Positions 28,901-44,816 of a stretch of DNA of 64,000 bases are shown one piece after another. How positions within the stretch are numbered: position 1 is the first letter of the stretch; each line of letters begins with the position of its first letter. The DNA lies in the NCBI RefSeq assembly GCF_009914755.1, contig NC_060931.1, one strand, 5' to 3'. Source of the stretch: the human T2T-CHM13v2.0 reference genome, Homo sapiens. The position numbers were made by a program, and so were the translations under genes. The notes beneath the pieces are model-generated. The model was not told the DNA's origin. It did no database searches and saw only the letters and a program-made list of their open reading frames with translations.

Positions 28901-31459
28901 CATTCCATTCCATTCCTTTCCATTCCACTCGGGTTGATTCCTTTCCATTCCATTCCATTCCATTCCATTCCATTCCATTCCATTCCATTCCAATCCATTC
29001 CATTCAGGTTCATTCCATTCCATTCCTTTCCATTCCACTCGGGTTGATTCCTTTCCATTCCATTACAATCCATTGCATTCCACTCCAGTTGATTCAATTT
29101 CATTCCATTCCACTCCATTCCATTTCATTACTTTCCATTCTATTCCATTCCATTCCATTCCATTCCATTCCATTCCATTCCTTTCCATTCCATTCCAGTT
29201 GATTCCACTCCATACCGTTCTATTCCACTCCATTCCATTTCTTGCCTTCCATTCCACTCGTGTTGATTCCATTCCATTCCATTCCATTCCATTCCATTCC
29301 ATTCCATTCCATTCCACTCTTGTTGATTCCTTTTCATTTCATTACGTTCCTTTCCATTTCAATTGATTCTGTTCCATTCCATTTCATTCCACTCGTGTTC
29401 ATTCCATTCCATTTCATTCCACTCGGATTGATTCCATTCTATTCCTTTCCACTCAATTCCATTCTATTCCATTCCATTCCATTCCATTCCATTCCATTCT
29501 ATTCCATTCCATTCCGTTCCATTCGACTCGTGGGATTCCATTCCATTCCATTCCATTCCATTCCATTCCATTCCATTCCATTGCAGTTGATTTGATTCGA
29601 TTCCATTCCATTCCATTCCACTCTACTCGGGTTCATTCCTTTAAATTCTATTCCTTTTCTTTCCATTCCATTCCATTCTATTCCCTTCAATACCATTCCT
29701 TTCCATTCCATTCCATACCATTCCATTCCATTCCATTCCTTTCCATTCCATTCTACTCGAGCTCATTAGATTCCATTCCATTTCATTCCATTCCATTCCA
29801 TTCCATTCCATTCCACTTGATTCCATTCTATTCCATTCCATTCCATTGCATTCCATTCCATTCCATTCCAATCCACTCGTGTTGAATCAATTCCATTCCA
29901 TTCCCTTTAATTCCACTCCATTCTATTGCATTCCATTGCATTCTATTCCATTCCATTCTATTCCATTCCATTCCACTCCATTTCATTCCATTCCATTCCC
30001 CTCGTTTTGAATCCATACATTTTCATTCCAGTTAATTCCACTCCATTCTATTGCATTCCATTGCATTCTATTCCATTCCATTCTATTTCATTCCATTCCA
30101 TTCAATTCCATTCCATGTCATGCCATTCCATTCCATTCAGGTTGATTCCATTCCATTCCATTCATTTCCCTTCCTTTCAATTCCGTTCTATTCCATTTGA
30201 GTTGATTGCATTCCATTCTATTCCATTCCATTCCAATCCATTCCATTCTATTCTATTCCATTCCATTCCGTTCAATTCCATTCCACTCGGGTTAATTCTA
30301 TTCCAAACCAGTCAGTTTGATTCCATTCCGTTCCATTCCAATCCATTCCATTTGACTCGTGTTGATTCCATTCCATTCCATTCCATTCCATTCCATTCCA
30401 TTCCAGTTGATTCCGTTCCATTCCATTCCATTCAATTCCATTGCAATCCGTTTCATTCCATTCCATTCCATTCCATTCCATTCCATGCAATGCCATTGCA
30501 TTCCACTCAGGTTGATCCCATTCCATTCCATTCCATTTCTTTCCATTCCATTCCATTCTATTCCATTCCATTCCATTCTATTCCACTCGGGTTGATTCCA
30601 TTCCATTCCATTCCATTCCATTCCATTCCATTCCATTCCATTCTTTTTCTATTCCATTCCATTCCATTCCAATCAGTTTGATTGCATTTCATTCCACTCC
30701 ATTCCTTTCCATTCCATTCTAGTTGATTCCATTCCATTCCATTCCATTCCACTCCATTCCGTTTCATGCCTTCCATTCCACTCGTGTTGATTCTTTTCCA
30801 TTCCATTCGATTCCATTCCATTCCATTCCACTCGTGTTGATTCCATTTCATTTCATTACATTCCATTCTATTTCAATTGATTCCTATCCATTCAATTTCA
30901 TTCCACTTGTGTTGATTCCATTCCATTTCTTTCTACTCGGATTGATTCCATTCCATTCCTTTCCACTCCATTCCATTCCATTCCATTCTATTCCATTCCA
31001 TTCCATTCCATTCCACTGTGGTTGATTCCATTCCATTCCATTCCATTCCATTCCATTGCATTCCATTCCATTCCCGTTGATTGCATTCCATTCCATTCCA
31101 GTTGATTCCATTCCTTTCCATTCCATTCCATTCCTCTCAAGCTGATTCCATTCCATTCCATTCCATTCCATTCCATTCCATTCCAGTTGATTCCGTTCCA
31201 TTCCATTCCATTCAATTCCATTGCATTCCATTGCATTCCCTTGCATTCCATTCCATTCAATTCAATTCCATTGCATTCCATTGCATTCCCTTGCATTCCA
31301 TTCCATTTCATTCCATTCCATTCCACTCGTGTTGATTCTATTCCATTCCATTCTATTCCATTGCAGTTGATTCCATTCCATTCTATTGCATTCCATTCCA
31401 TTCCAGTCCATTTCATTCTGTTCCATTCCATTGCATTCCATTCCATGCCATGACATTCC

Positions 31460-34260
31460 ATTGCACTCGCGTTGATTTCATTCCATTCCATTCCATTCCA
31501 CTCCATTCCATTCCATTCTATTCCTTTCCATTCCATTCCACTCGCGTTGATTGCATTCCATTCCATTCTATTCCATTCCATTCCATTCTATTAAATTCCA
31601 TTCCATTGAATTCCATTTCACTCGGTTTGATTCCATTCCATTCCATTCCATTCCATTCCAATCTATTCCGTTCCATTTCACTCCATTCCATTCCACTCGG
31701 GTTGATTCCATTCCATTCTATTCCATTCCACTCCATTCTTTCCATTCCATTCCATTTGATTGCATTCCATTGCATTCCATTCCATTCCAATCTATTCCGT
31801 TCCATTTCATTCCATTCCGTTCCACTCGGGTTGATTCCATTCCATTCCATTCCATTCCACTCGTGTTGATTCCATTCCATTCCATTCCACTCCATTCCAT
31901 GCCATTCCATTCCACACGGGTTGATTCTATTCCATTCCATTCCATTCCATTCCATTGCATTCCATTTTATTTCATTCCATTCCCTTCTATTCCATTCCAC
32001 TCGGATTCCATTCCAGTCCATTGCACTACATTCCATTCCTTCCATTCCAGTTGATTCCATTCCATTCCATTCCATTCCATTCCATTCCTTTCCATTCCTT
32101 TCCATTCCATTCCACTCGTGTTGATTTCATTCCATTCCATTCTATTCCATTCCATTCCATTCTATTAAATTCCATTCCTTTGAATTCCATTTCAGTCGGT
32201 TTGATTCCATTCCATTCCATTCCATTCCATTTCAATCTATTCCGTTCCATTTCACTCCATTCCGTTCCACTCGGGTTGATTCCATTCCATTCTATTCCAT
32301 TCCACTCCATTCTTTCCATTCCATTCCAGTTGATTCCATTCCATTGCATTCCATTCCATTCCCATCTATTCCGTTCCATTTCATTCCATTCCGTTCCACT
32401 CGGGTTGATTCCATTCCATTCCATTCCATTCCACTCCATTCTTTCCATTCCATTCCAGTTGATTCCATTCCATTCCATTCCATTCCACTCCATTCTATTT
32501 CATTCCATTCCATTCCACTGGTATTGATTCCATTCCATTCCATTCCATTCCATTCCATTCCATTCCACTCGTGTTGATTGCATTCCATTCCATTCTATTC
32601 CATTCCATTCCATTCTATTAAATTCCATTCCATTGAATTCCATTTCACTCGGTTTGATTCCATTCCATTCCATTCCATTCCATTCCATTCCATTCCAATC
32701 TATTCCGTTCCATTTCACTCCATTCCATTCCACTCGGGTTGATTCCATTCCATTCTATTCCATTCCACTCCATTCTTTCCATTCCATTCCATTTGATTGC
32801 ATTCCATTGCATTCCATTCCATTCCAATCTATTCCGTTCCATTTCATTCCATTCCGTTCCACTCGGGTTGATTCCATTCCATTCCATTCCATTCCACTCG
32901 TGTTGATTCCATTCCATTCCATTCCACTCCATTCCATGCCATTCCATTACACACGGGTTGATTCTATTCCATTCCATTCCATTGCATTCCATTTTATTTC
33001 ATTCCATTCCCTTCTATTCCATTCCACTCGGATTCCATTCCAGTCCATTGCACTACATTCCATTCCTTCCATTCCAGTTGATTCCATTCCATTCCATTCC
33101 ATTCCATTCCATTCCATTCCTTTCCATTCAATTCCACTCGTGTTGATTTCATTCCATTCCATTCTATTCCATTCCATTCCATTCTATTAAATTCCATTCC
33201 TTTGAATTCCATTTCAGTCGGTTTGATTCCATTCCATTCCATTCCATTCCATTTCAATCTATTCCGTTCCATTTCACTCCATTCCGTTCCACTCGGGTTG
33301 ATTCCATTCCATTCTATTCCATTACACTCCATTCTTTCCATTCCATTCCAGTTGATTCCATTCCATTGCATTCCATTCCATTCCAATCTATTCCGTTCCA
33401 TTTCATTCCATTCCGTTCCACTCGGGTTGATTCCATTCCATTCTATTCCATTCCACTCCATTCTTTCCATTCCATTCCTGTTGATTCCATTCCATTCCAT
33501 TCCATTCCACTCCATTCTATTTCATTCCATTCCATTCCATTCCACTGGTATTGATTCCATTCCATTCCATTCCATTCCATTCCATTCCATTCCATTCCAT
33601 TCCATTCCACTCCATTCTATTTCATTCCATTCCATTCCACTGGTATTGATTCCATTCCATTCCATTCCATTCTATTCCATTCCATTCCATTCCACTCGTG
33701 TTGATTGCATTCCATTCCATTCTATTCCATTCCATTCCATTCTATTAAATTCCATTCCATTGAATTCCATTTCACTCGGTTTGATTCCATTCCATTCCAT
33801 TCCATTCCATTCCATTCCAATCTATTCCGTTCCATTTCACTCCATTCCATTTCACTCGGGTTGATTCCATTCCATTCTATTCCATTCCACTCCATTCTTT
33901 CCATTCCATTCCATTTGATTGCATTCCATTGCATTCCATTCCATTCCAATCTATTCCGTTCCATTTCATTCCATTCCGTTCCACTCGGGTTGATTACATT
34001 CCATTCCATTCCATTCCATTCCACTCGTGTTGATTCCATTCCATTCCATTCCACTCCATTCCATGCCATTCCATTCCACACGGGTTGATTCTATTCCATT
34101 CCATTCCATTCCATTCCATTGCATTCCATTTTATTTCATTCCATTCCCTTCTATTCCATTCCACTCGGATTCCATTCCAGTCCATTGCACTACATTCCAT
34201 TCCTTCCATTCCAGTTGATTCTATTCCATTCTATTCCATTCCATTCCATTCCTTTCCATT
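31460..34260 (+). repeat. Local tandem expansion inside HSat3, ~0.5 kb monomers alternating as ~1.0-1.1 kb dimers
   Basis: ctattaaattccattcc(a/t)ttgaattccatttca(ct/gt)cggtttg occurs at ~31588, 32162, 32615, 33183 and 33741, with two variants alternating. ccagtccattgcactacatt occurs at ~32013, 33040 and 34176. Confidence 0.8.
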
Positions 34261-37200
34261 CCATTCCATTCCACTCGTGTTGATTCTATTCCATTCCATT
34301 ACATTCCTTTCCATTCCATTACATTCCACTCGTGTTGATTCTATTCCATTCCATTACATTCCATTCCACTCTATTCCATTCCTTTCCATTCCTGTTTATT
34401 CCATTCCATTCCATTCCATTCCATTCCACTGGATTCCATTCTGTTCCATTCCTGTTTATTCCATTCCATTCCATTCCATTTCATTTCACTCCATTCCCTT
34501 CCATTTCATTCCACTTGGTTTTTTTCCATTCCATTCCATTCCACTCCATTCCATTCCATTCCCTTCCATTCCTCTCGATTTGATTCCATTCCATACAATT
34601 CCACTACATTCTACTCTGGTTGATTCCATTCCTTTCTATTCCATTCCACTCGTGTTGATTAAATTCCATTCCATTCCACTCCATTCCATTATATTCCATT
34701 CCATTGCATTCCACTCATGTTGTTTCCATTCCATTGCATTCGGGTTTATTCCATTGCATTGGATTCCATTCCAATCCATTCCATTCCACTCGTGTTGATT
34801 GCATTCCAATCCATTCCATTCCATTTCACTAGGTTTGATTCCATTCCATTCCATTCCATTCCAGTTGATTCCATTCCATTCCATTACATTACATTCCATT
34901 AAGTTCCATTCTATTCCATTCAATACCATTCCATTCCATTCCATACTATACCATTCCATTCCATTCCATTGCTTTCCATTCCATTCTACTCGAGCTCATT
35001 CCATTCCATTCTATTCTATTCCAGTTGATTCCATTCCATTCCATTCCATTCCATTGCATTCGATTCCATTCCATTCGTGTTGAATCCATTCCATTCCATT
35101 TCATTCCAGTTAATTCCACTCAATTCTATAGCATTCCAATGCATTCTATTCCATTCCATTCTATTCCATTCAATTGCATTCCATTCCATTCCATTCCATT
35201 ATATTCCATTCCATGACATGTCATTCTATTCCACTCAGGTTGATTCCATTCAATTCCATTCAATTCCCTTTCTTTTGATTCCATTCCATTCCACTTGAGT
35301 TGATTGCATTTCATTCTATTCCATTCCATTCCAATCCATTCCATTCTATTCTATTCTATTCCATTCCATTCAGTTCCGTTCCACTCGGGTTGATTCTATT
35401 CCATTCCAGTCGGTTTGATTCCATTCCATTCCATTCCATTCCATTCCAGTTGATTACGTTCCATTCCATTCCATTCCAATCCACTCGTGTTGACTCCATT
35501 CCTTTCCATTCCATTCCATTCCATTAGATTCCATTATATTCTATTGTACTCCATTCCATTCCACTCCATTCCATTCTATTCCATTCCATTCCATTCCATG
35601 CCATGCCATTTCATTCCACTGGGGTTGATCCCATTCCATTCCATTCCATTCTAGTCCATTCCATTCCATTCCATTCTATGCCACTCGTGTTTATTCCATT
35701 CCATTCCATTGCATTCCATTCCATTCCATTCCAATCCATTCCATTCCTTTCTAGTCCATTCCTTTCCATTCCACTCTGTTTGATTGCATTCCATTATATT
35801 CCATTCCATTCCACTCCATTCCTTTTCATTTCATTCCAGTTTATGCCATTCTATTCCATTCCATTCCACTGCATTCAATTTCATGCCTTCCATTCCACTC
35901 GTGTTGTTTCTATTCTATTTCATTCCATTCCATTCCATTCCATTCCACTCGTGTTGATTCCATTGCGTTTAATTACGTTCCAATGCATTTCTATTGATTC
36001 CGTACCATTCCATTTCATTCCACCCGTGTTGATTCCATTCCATTACATTGCACTCGGATTGACTCCGTTCCATTCCTTTCCACTCCATTCCATTCCATTC
36101 TACTCCATTCCATTCCGTTCCATTCTGCTCAGGTTGATTCCATTCTATTCCTTTCCATTCCATTCCATTCCATTTCATTCCATTCCAGTTGATTCCATTC
36201 CATTCCATTCCATTCCATTCCATTCCATTCCATTCCGTTCTATTCCATTCCATTCCAGTTGATTCCATTCCATTCCATTCCATTCCACTCGAGCTGATTC
36301 CATTCCATTCCATTCCTTTCCATTCCATTCCACTCGTTTTGATTGCATTCCATTCCTTTCCATTCCATTGCAGTTGATTCCATTCCATTCTATTGCATTC
36401 TATTGCATTCCACTCCATTTCATTCCATTCCATTCCATTCCATTCCACTCCATTCCTTTCCATTCCATTCCAGTTGATTCCGTTCCATTCCACTCCATTC
36501 CATTTCATGCCTTCCATTCCACTCGTGTTGATTCCATTCCATTCCATTCCATTCCATTCCATTCCACTCTTGTTGATTCCTTTTCATTTCATTACGTTCC
36601 TTTCCATTTCAATTGATTCTGTTCCATTCCATTTCATTCCACTCGTGTTGATTCCATTCCATTTCATTCCACTCAGATTGATTCCATTCTATTCCTTTCC
36701 AATCAATTCCATTCCAGTCCATTCTATTCCATTCCATTCCGTTGCATTCCACTCGTGTTGATTCCATTCTATTCCATTCCATTCCATTCCATTCCTTTCC
36801 ATTCCATTGCAGTTGATTCGATTCCATTCCATTCCATTCCATTCCACTCCACTCAGGTTCATTCCTTTAAATTCTATTCCTTTCCTTTCCATTCCATTCC
36901 ATTCTATTCCATTCAATACCATTCATTTCCATTCCATTCCATACCATTCCATTCCATTCCATTCCTTTCCATTCATTCTACTCGAGCTCATTAGATTCCA
37001 TTCCATTCCATTCCATTCCATTCCATTCCATTCCAGTTGATTCCATTCCATTCCATTCCAGTTGATTCCATTGCATTCCATTCCATTCCATTCCATTCCA
37101 CTCGTGTTGAATCAATTCCATTCCATTCCCATTAATTCCACTCCATTCTATTGCATTCCATTGCATTCTGTTCCATTCCATTCTATTCCATTCCATTCCA

Positions 37201-40200
37201 TTCCATTTCATTCCATTCCATTCCATTCCATTCCATTCCATTCCATTCCATTTCATTCCATTCCATTCCATTCCATTCCATTCCCCTCGTTTTGAATCCA
37301 TTCCTTTTCATTCCAGTTAATTCCACTTCATTCTATTGCATTCCATTGCATTGTATTCCATTCCATTCTATTTCATTCCATTCCATTCAATTCCATTCCA
37401 TGTCATGCCAATCCATTCCATTCGGGTTGATATGATTCCATTCCATTCCATTCCATGTCATGCCAATCCATTCCATTTGGGTTGATTTGATTTCATTCCA
37501 TTCAATTCCTTTCCTTTCAATTCCATTCTATTCCATTTGAGTTGATTGCATTCCATTCTATTCCATTCCATTCCAATCCATTCCATTCTATTCTGTTCCA
37601 TTCAATTCCGTTCAATTCCATTCCACTCGGGTTAATTCTATTCCAAACCCGTCGGTTTGATTCCATTCCATTCCATTCCACTCGTGTTGATTCCATTCCA
37701 TTCTATTCCATTCCATTCCAGTTGATTCCGTTCCATTCCTTTCCATTCAATTCCATTGCATTCCATTCCATGCCATGCCATTCCATTCCACTCGGGTTGA
37801 TCCCATTCCATTCCATTCCATTTCTTTCCATTCTATTCCACTATATTCCATTCAATTCCATTCCATTCCATTCCACTCGGGTTGATTCCATTCCATTCCA
37901 TTCCATTCCATTCTTTTTCTATTCCATTCCATTCCATTCCATTCCACTCAGTTTGATTGCATTTCATTCCACTCCATTCCTTTCCATTCCATTCTAGTTG
38001 ATTCCATTCCATTCCATTCCATTCCACTCCATTCCATTTCATGCCTTCCATTCCACTCGTGTTGATTCTATTCCATTCCATTCGATTCCATTCCATTCCA
38101 TTCCACTCGTGTTGATTCCATTTCATTTCATTATATTCCATTCCATTTCAATTGATTCTGATCCATTCCATTTCATTCCACTTGTGTTGATTCCATTCCA
38201 TTTCTTTCTACTCGGATTGATTCCATTCCATTCCTTTCCACTCCATTCCATTTCATTCCATTCTATTCCATTCCATTCCGTTTCATTCCACTGGGGTTGA
38301 TTCCATTCTATTCTTTTCCATTCTATTCCATTCCATTCCATTCCATTGCATTCCATTCCATTCCCGTTGATTGCATTCCATTCCATTCCATTCCTGTTGA
38401 TTCCATTCCATTCCATTCCATTCCATTCCATTCCGTTCCACTCAAGCTGATTCCATTCCATTCCATTCCAGTTGATTCCGTTCCATTCCATTCCATTCCA
38501 TTCAATTCCATTGCATTCAATTGCATTCCCTTGCATTCCATTCCTTTCCATTCCATTCCATTCAATTCCATTGCATTCCATTGCATTCCCTTGTATTCCA
38601 TTCCATTTCATTCCATTCCATTCCACTCGTGTTGATTCTATTCCATTCCATTCTATTCCATTGCAGTTGATTCCATTCCATTCTATTGCATTCCATTCCA
38701 TTCCACTCCATTTCATTCGGTTCCATTCCATTGCATTCCATTCCATGCCATGACATTCCATTCCACTCGCGTTGATTTCATTCCATTCCATTCCATTCCA
38801 TTCCATTCCATTCCATTCCATTCCATTCCATTCCATTCCTTTCCATTCCATTCCACTCGCATTGATTGCATTCCATTCCATTCTGTTAAATTGCATTCAA
38901 TTGAATTCCACTTCACTTGGTTTGATTCCTTTCCATTCCATTCCATTCCATTCCATTCCAATCTATTCCGTTCCATTTCATTCCATTCCGTTCCACTCGG
39001 GTTGATTCCATTCCATTCTATTCCATTCCACTCCATTCTTTCCGTTCCATTCCAGTTGATTGCATTCCATTGCTTTCCATTCCATTCCAATCTATTCCGT
39101 TCCATTTCATTCCATTCTGTTCCACTCGGGTTGATTCCATTCCATTCCATTCCATTCCACTCCATTCTTTCCATTCCATTCCAGTTGATTCCATTCCATT
39201 CCACTCCATTCCATTTCATTCCATTCTATTCCACTGGTATTGATTCAATTCCATTCCATTCCATTCCATTCCACTCGTGTTGATTCCATTCCATTCCATT
39301 CCACTCCATTCCATGCCATTCCATTCCACACGGGTTGATTCTATTCCATTCCATTCCATTCCATTCCATTCCATTCCATTCCATTCCAATTGGATTGATT
39401 CCATTCCATTCCATTCCCTTCCATTCCATTCCAGTCAGTTTGATTCCATTCCATTCCATTCCATTGCATTCCACTCTCGTTGATTCCATTCCATTCCATT
39501 GCATTCCATTTCTTTCCATTCCATTCCATTCCATTCCATTCCATTCCATTCCATTCCGTTCCTCTCAGGTTGATTCCATTTCTTTCCATTCCACTCCACT
39601 CCTCTCGGGTTGAAACATGTCTTTGTGACATTCTCTATGCCAGGAACTCCCAACATATTTTCCTTGAAACTGATTAAATGAATAAAAATAAACCAAGTGT
39701 TGTGCTGTTTGTTTCTGTTTCCTCCTTTCTGCAGCCCTTCTTGATCATCTTATATTTTTAAATACATTCTCGATCACCAAAGTAGCATAAGGGCTTTATT
39801 GTTTTGTAGCAGATTCATTAATAGCCCAGCCCCTATTCCTTACCTGTAGCTGCTGGGAAGAAAACCATTCTTAACACTCTACAAGTTCTCATCTCCAGAA
39901 TTTGCAGCAGTTTCTAGCTGAGGACTTTCTCTATCAGCACGGAAGCTTGTTACTTGGCATGAAGTGGTAAGAAAAGGTGAGGGTAACTACGAAGAATCTC
40001 CCTGGCTGCAGTGATGTAATTCTGAGGCATGCTCCACATAGCTTCCCATAAAATTAAGCCCAGATACCTAACACAGAAACTTACCTCTTAACACGGGTGG
40101 TATTGGCTTTTCTAAATTTCCTGTTTTATTTTGTGCTCTTTTCCTTGTCTCATTTTTGCTGTTTCCTCACTCCTGCTTTAAGAGTACCCAAACAAATACA

Positions 40201-40568
40201 TTCATTTATTTTTTTTTAGACTCTCACAACACAGTTGATGGTTGAACTTCTAATCTATGATAATCAGCTTGGATGCTATACTGACAGGAAGATGGTGAAC
40301 TCACAATGTCTAACTAAGATGAAATTTAAAAAATATATTGAATCATGTCCAAAGACTTAAAAAACCTAAGCCTCAGTGTCACAATTTCTTCTTTTTAGTT
40401 TACATGGTTTCTTAAATGCCTACAATTATTTTAAAGGAAGCCTTGAGTCTAGGAAAAACTGAGACATATGGAAAAAGTTACTAACCCATTTTTACTTGAA
40501 ATCCATTAGGTGTTTCATGATTTTTCACATATATTTCTGAATTGAGAAGCCAGTTGGGAATTATTTTC

Positions 40569-41694
<1,126 letters not shown>

Positions 41695-44517
41695 TCAAGA
41701 TCAAATTATTCTATCCAGAGAATAAAAAGCAATTATTTCACAAGGAGAACATGTGTATATCGACACGACATTTTAAAATCTAGATTTTTAAATAGGTCCC
41801 AAATAATTTTGAGTCAATTAGTATTTGTTTGTATCAGTCTGTCTACAGTTTTACACCCATCAAAAGATACTTGAACTAAAAGAAGTACCTTGAACAATTT
41901 TGAAATTTATTGTTCCTCTGAAACTGATTAAAATAATTATGGTAGTGTGAAATTCTGATTGGCATAATTTGGGAGAGAAATTATTCCTTGGAGATCAACC
42001 TCTGCCAAGATCGTTTATAATGACATTGAGACTTTTTGATTTACACAATTTGTTATACAAAAAATACTAAGACGAGGACAGATAATACACAGACTTTAAT
42101 GAAAATTGTACTAAAATTAAAGGTCTAAATAAATTACAAGGGTATGTGGTACATCTAAACGTATGTTTATATATTTTATTTGTGCATTTTATTCCTAGGG
42201 TTGCTTTTGCTTTAGTTTGTAAAACGTTCTTATTTTTATGACAATGTAGTATATACTAAATAAAGAAAAATCAGGAAATAGAAAATGAAGAAGAAAACAC
42301 TAGCTATTGTCAACCAAATAAAATTTGTGCAATCTCTAAGTACATGAACGATATATTATTTGTACAACATATACAATGTTTATGCTTCACAGGTGAGGTA
42401 GAGACTGCAAAACATTGAACCTGGGAGAAATAAGAAATTAAGGAAATTTTCACAATATATTAATATTACAGAAAATATTGAACTTAACAGTTAAGATACA
42501 AGTAGTGAAAAATGATAGTAATTAAGGAGATCTAGAAGGTTTAATATTTATCAGTAATGTGTGAGATGTATTAGAATAATGCTTGTATTTCTGGATTGGC
42601 ATTGATTTCTATTGAGACTGGAAAAATAATAGAAGTGAGCAAAAAAGAATTTAAATCTTGGATACTTGAGTTTTATACATAGGAGTTCGAGAAATACATT
42701 TTGTCACTATCAAAGCAGTTGGCACAAGAGTGTACAAAATTCCCTAATTGTGTCTATGTGGTGAAGACATAGACAGAGAATAGCAAAACAGAAATAGCAA
42801 AAAACCACAAATAAATTTTACCTGTATTTTTACGTAAAAGCCAATTAGAGTAGGAAAACATGAAATTTGTGTTTATCAAAATTTTTCTCTTTCTTATAGT
42901 ATAGTTGATTATATTACTGGAAAAAAATTGAAGCATTGGTATGTTCACACACAAAAAAATAAAATATAAGGTCAAAACCATGGGAATGTAGGGAGCAGAC
43001 AATATACACCTAAACACTGAAACTGATTTTGCCCTACGGACATGTAGCAAAATGAATGAGTGTAGATTCCTACTGTCATACATCACATAGGACAGTAAAG
43101 AAATACATAGTGTTTCCCAAGATAGGGCATCACACAGGAGCTCTTCCCTGAAGCTAGCACCAAAATTTATATCCTCAGTATAAAGAAGAAGCAGAGATAA
43201 ATTTGTCTCATTTCACATTCCCTGGAAATGGCAAATAAAAATGACTTGAGATTGGACAGATTTAAAGAATCTCAATCATTAATGATTTACAGCAATTAAT
43301 TTAAAAATTGTTTAAATGTGCTGTCCAAACATACGTCCAAACACCTTTAGGCCAAGAATTAATATAATGTGGTCCCAGAATGGTGTTGCCTTTAGTAGAC
43401 TCACAAATTCTCTTTGGTAAATTTTCTTCTTACTAATATGCAAAAGTGCACAACAATAATTTTCAGAGAAAAATAAATCTTTGTCATTCAAAGGCATCTA
43501 AGTACGGAAGGAAATGATATCCTAGCATTTGAAAGGAAAGCAGAAAAAGAATACAAACAGATCCACAAAGGTTCATTAGTAGAAATATCACTGTTACATT
43601 ATAAAGCACATTTGCTTTCAAAAAATTTTAAAAAAATTAATATATTTTTAGGAGACTAAAAAAATTGATGTAGCATATTTGAAAAGTAGTTTGTATATAG
43701 TATTTTAATTTAAAAACTCAAAAATGATCTCATCAGATTAGACATGGACATGGTGAGAGTTCAAAAATATTTCAGAATGCATTACAGAAAATTTAAAAAA
43801 ATGCACAATGTGGACAGAATCATGAAGAGACATGAAAGATACAGTGAGAAAGTGTAGCATGTGTTTAGTGAGTGTTCTCATAGAAGAAGGGAACTGGGAA
43901 GGGACAATATGTGATGGAATTTTGGCTGAAAGTTCTCTAGACTTTTGTAAGACACTAATCCGCATATTCAAAACTTCTATGCATGCTAAGCAAGCTACGA
44001 TGGAGATAAACCTACATCTACATATCTCCTAGAGAAATAGTAAACAATCAGGAAGGGAAAAATATTTCAATTACCACTAGAAAAATCAAATTACCTTTAA
44101 TCATATTGAAATCTGAAAGCATGAAAGGTAAAAGAAACAATATTATTTGTTAAGAATAATAATGCCATTCTGAAATTCTCAACCAAGAATAATATTCATC
44201 AACCTATGGCTAAATCACATATTTAGAGACAAAAAACAAAACACCACCAGCAGAATTCCACTAAAGAAACTAAAAAGAAACTCTGAAAACATGCTTCAGA
44301 AAGATTGAAGTTCTGAAATCAAAGAATGAACACATAGCAAAAGATATTGTAAACATACAGATAGATCAAAATAGAAAATTAGGTGTTGAAACAAAAGGAT
44401 ATTTAAAATTAGATAAGCACTGCAATATGTATGTTAGGAAGCTAATTATAAGGGCTGAAGTATTCAAAGACCCCTTAATTGTCTGACAGGAGCAGAAAGG
44501 TATGACTTTGCAACTCC

Positions 44518-44816
<299 letters not shown>

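Larger units (their letters stand above)
1..39613 (+). repeat. Human Satellite 3 (HSat3/SatIII) array, (CATTC)n on + strand; runs off the left edge of the window
   Basis: Continuous diverged CATTC pentamers interspersed with ACTCGGGTTGATTCC (reverse complement of the classical SatIII CAACCCGAGT motif). One orientation throughout. Ends abruptly at ...cctctcgggttga|aacatgtc. Confidence 0.98.

Noticed and set aside
1-39613. CRISPR-like repeat/spacer appearance of recurring ACTCGGGTTG motifs
   Set aside because: The intervening sequence is itself pentamer repeat rather than unique spacers, there are no cas genes, and the context is primate DNA.
1-39677. Hundreds of ORFs encoding (MEWNG)n or (FHSIP)n peptides, up to 428 aa
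   Set aside because: These follow automatically from a 5-bp repeat with no stop codons. They are open in many frames on both strands and have no gene structure.
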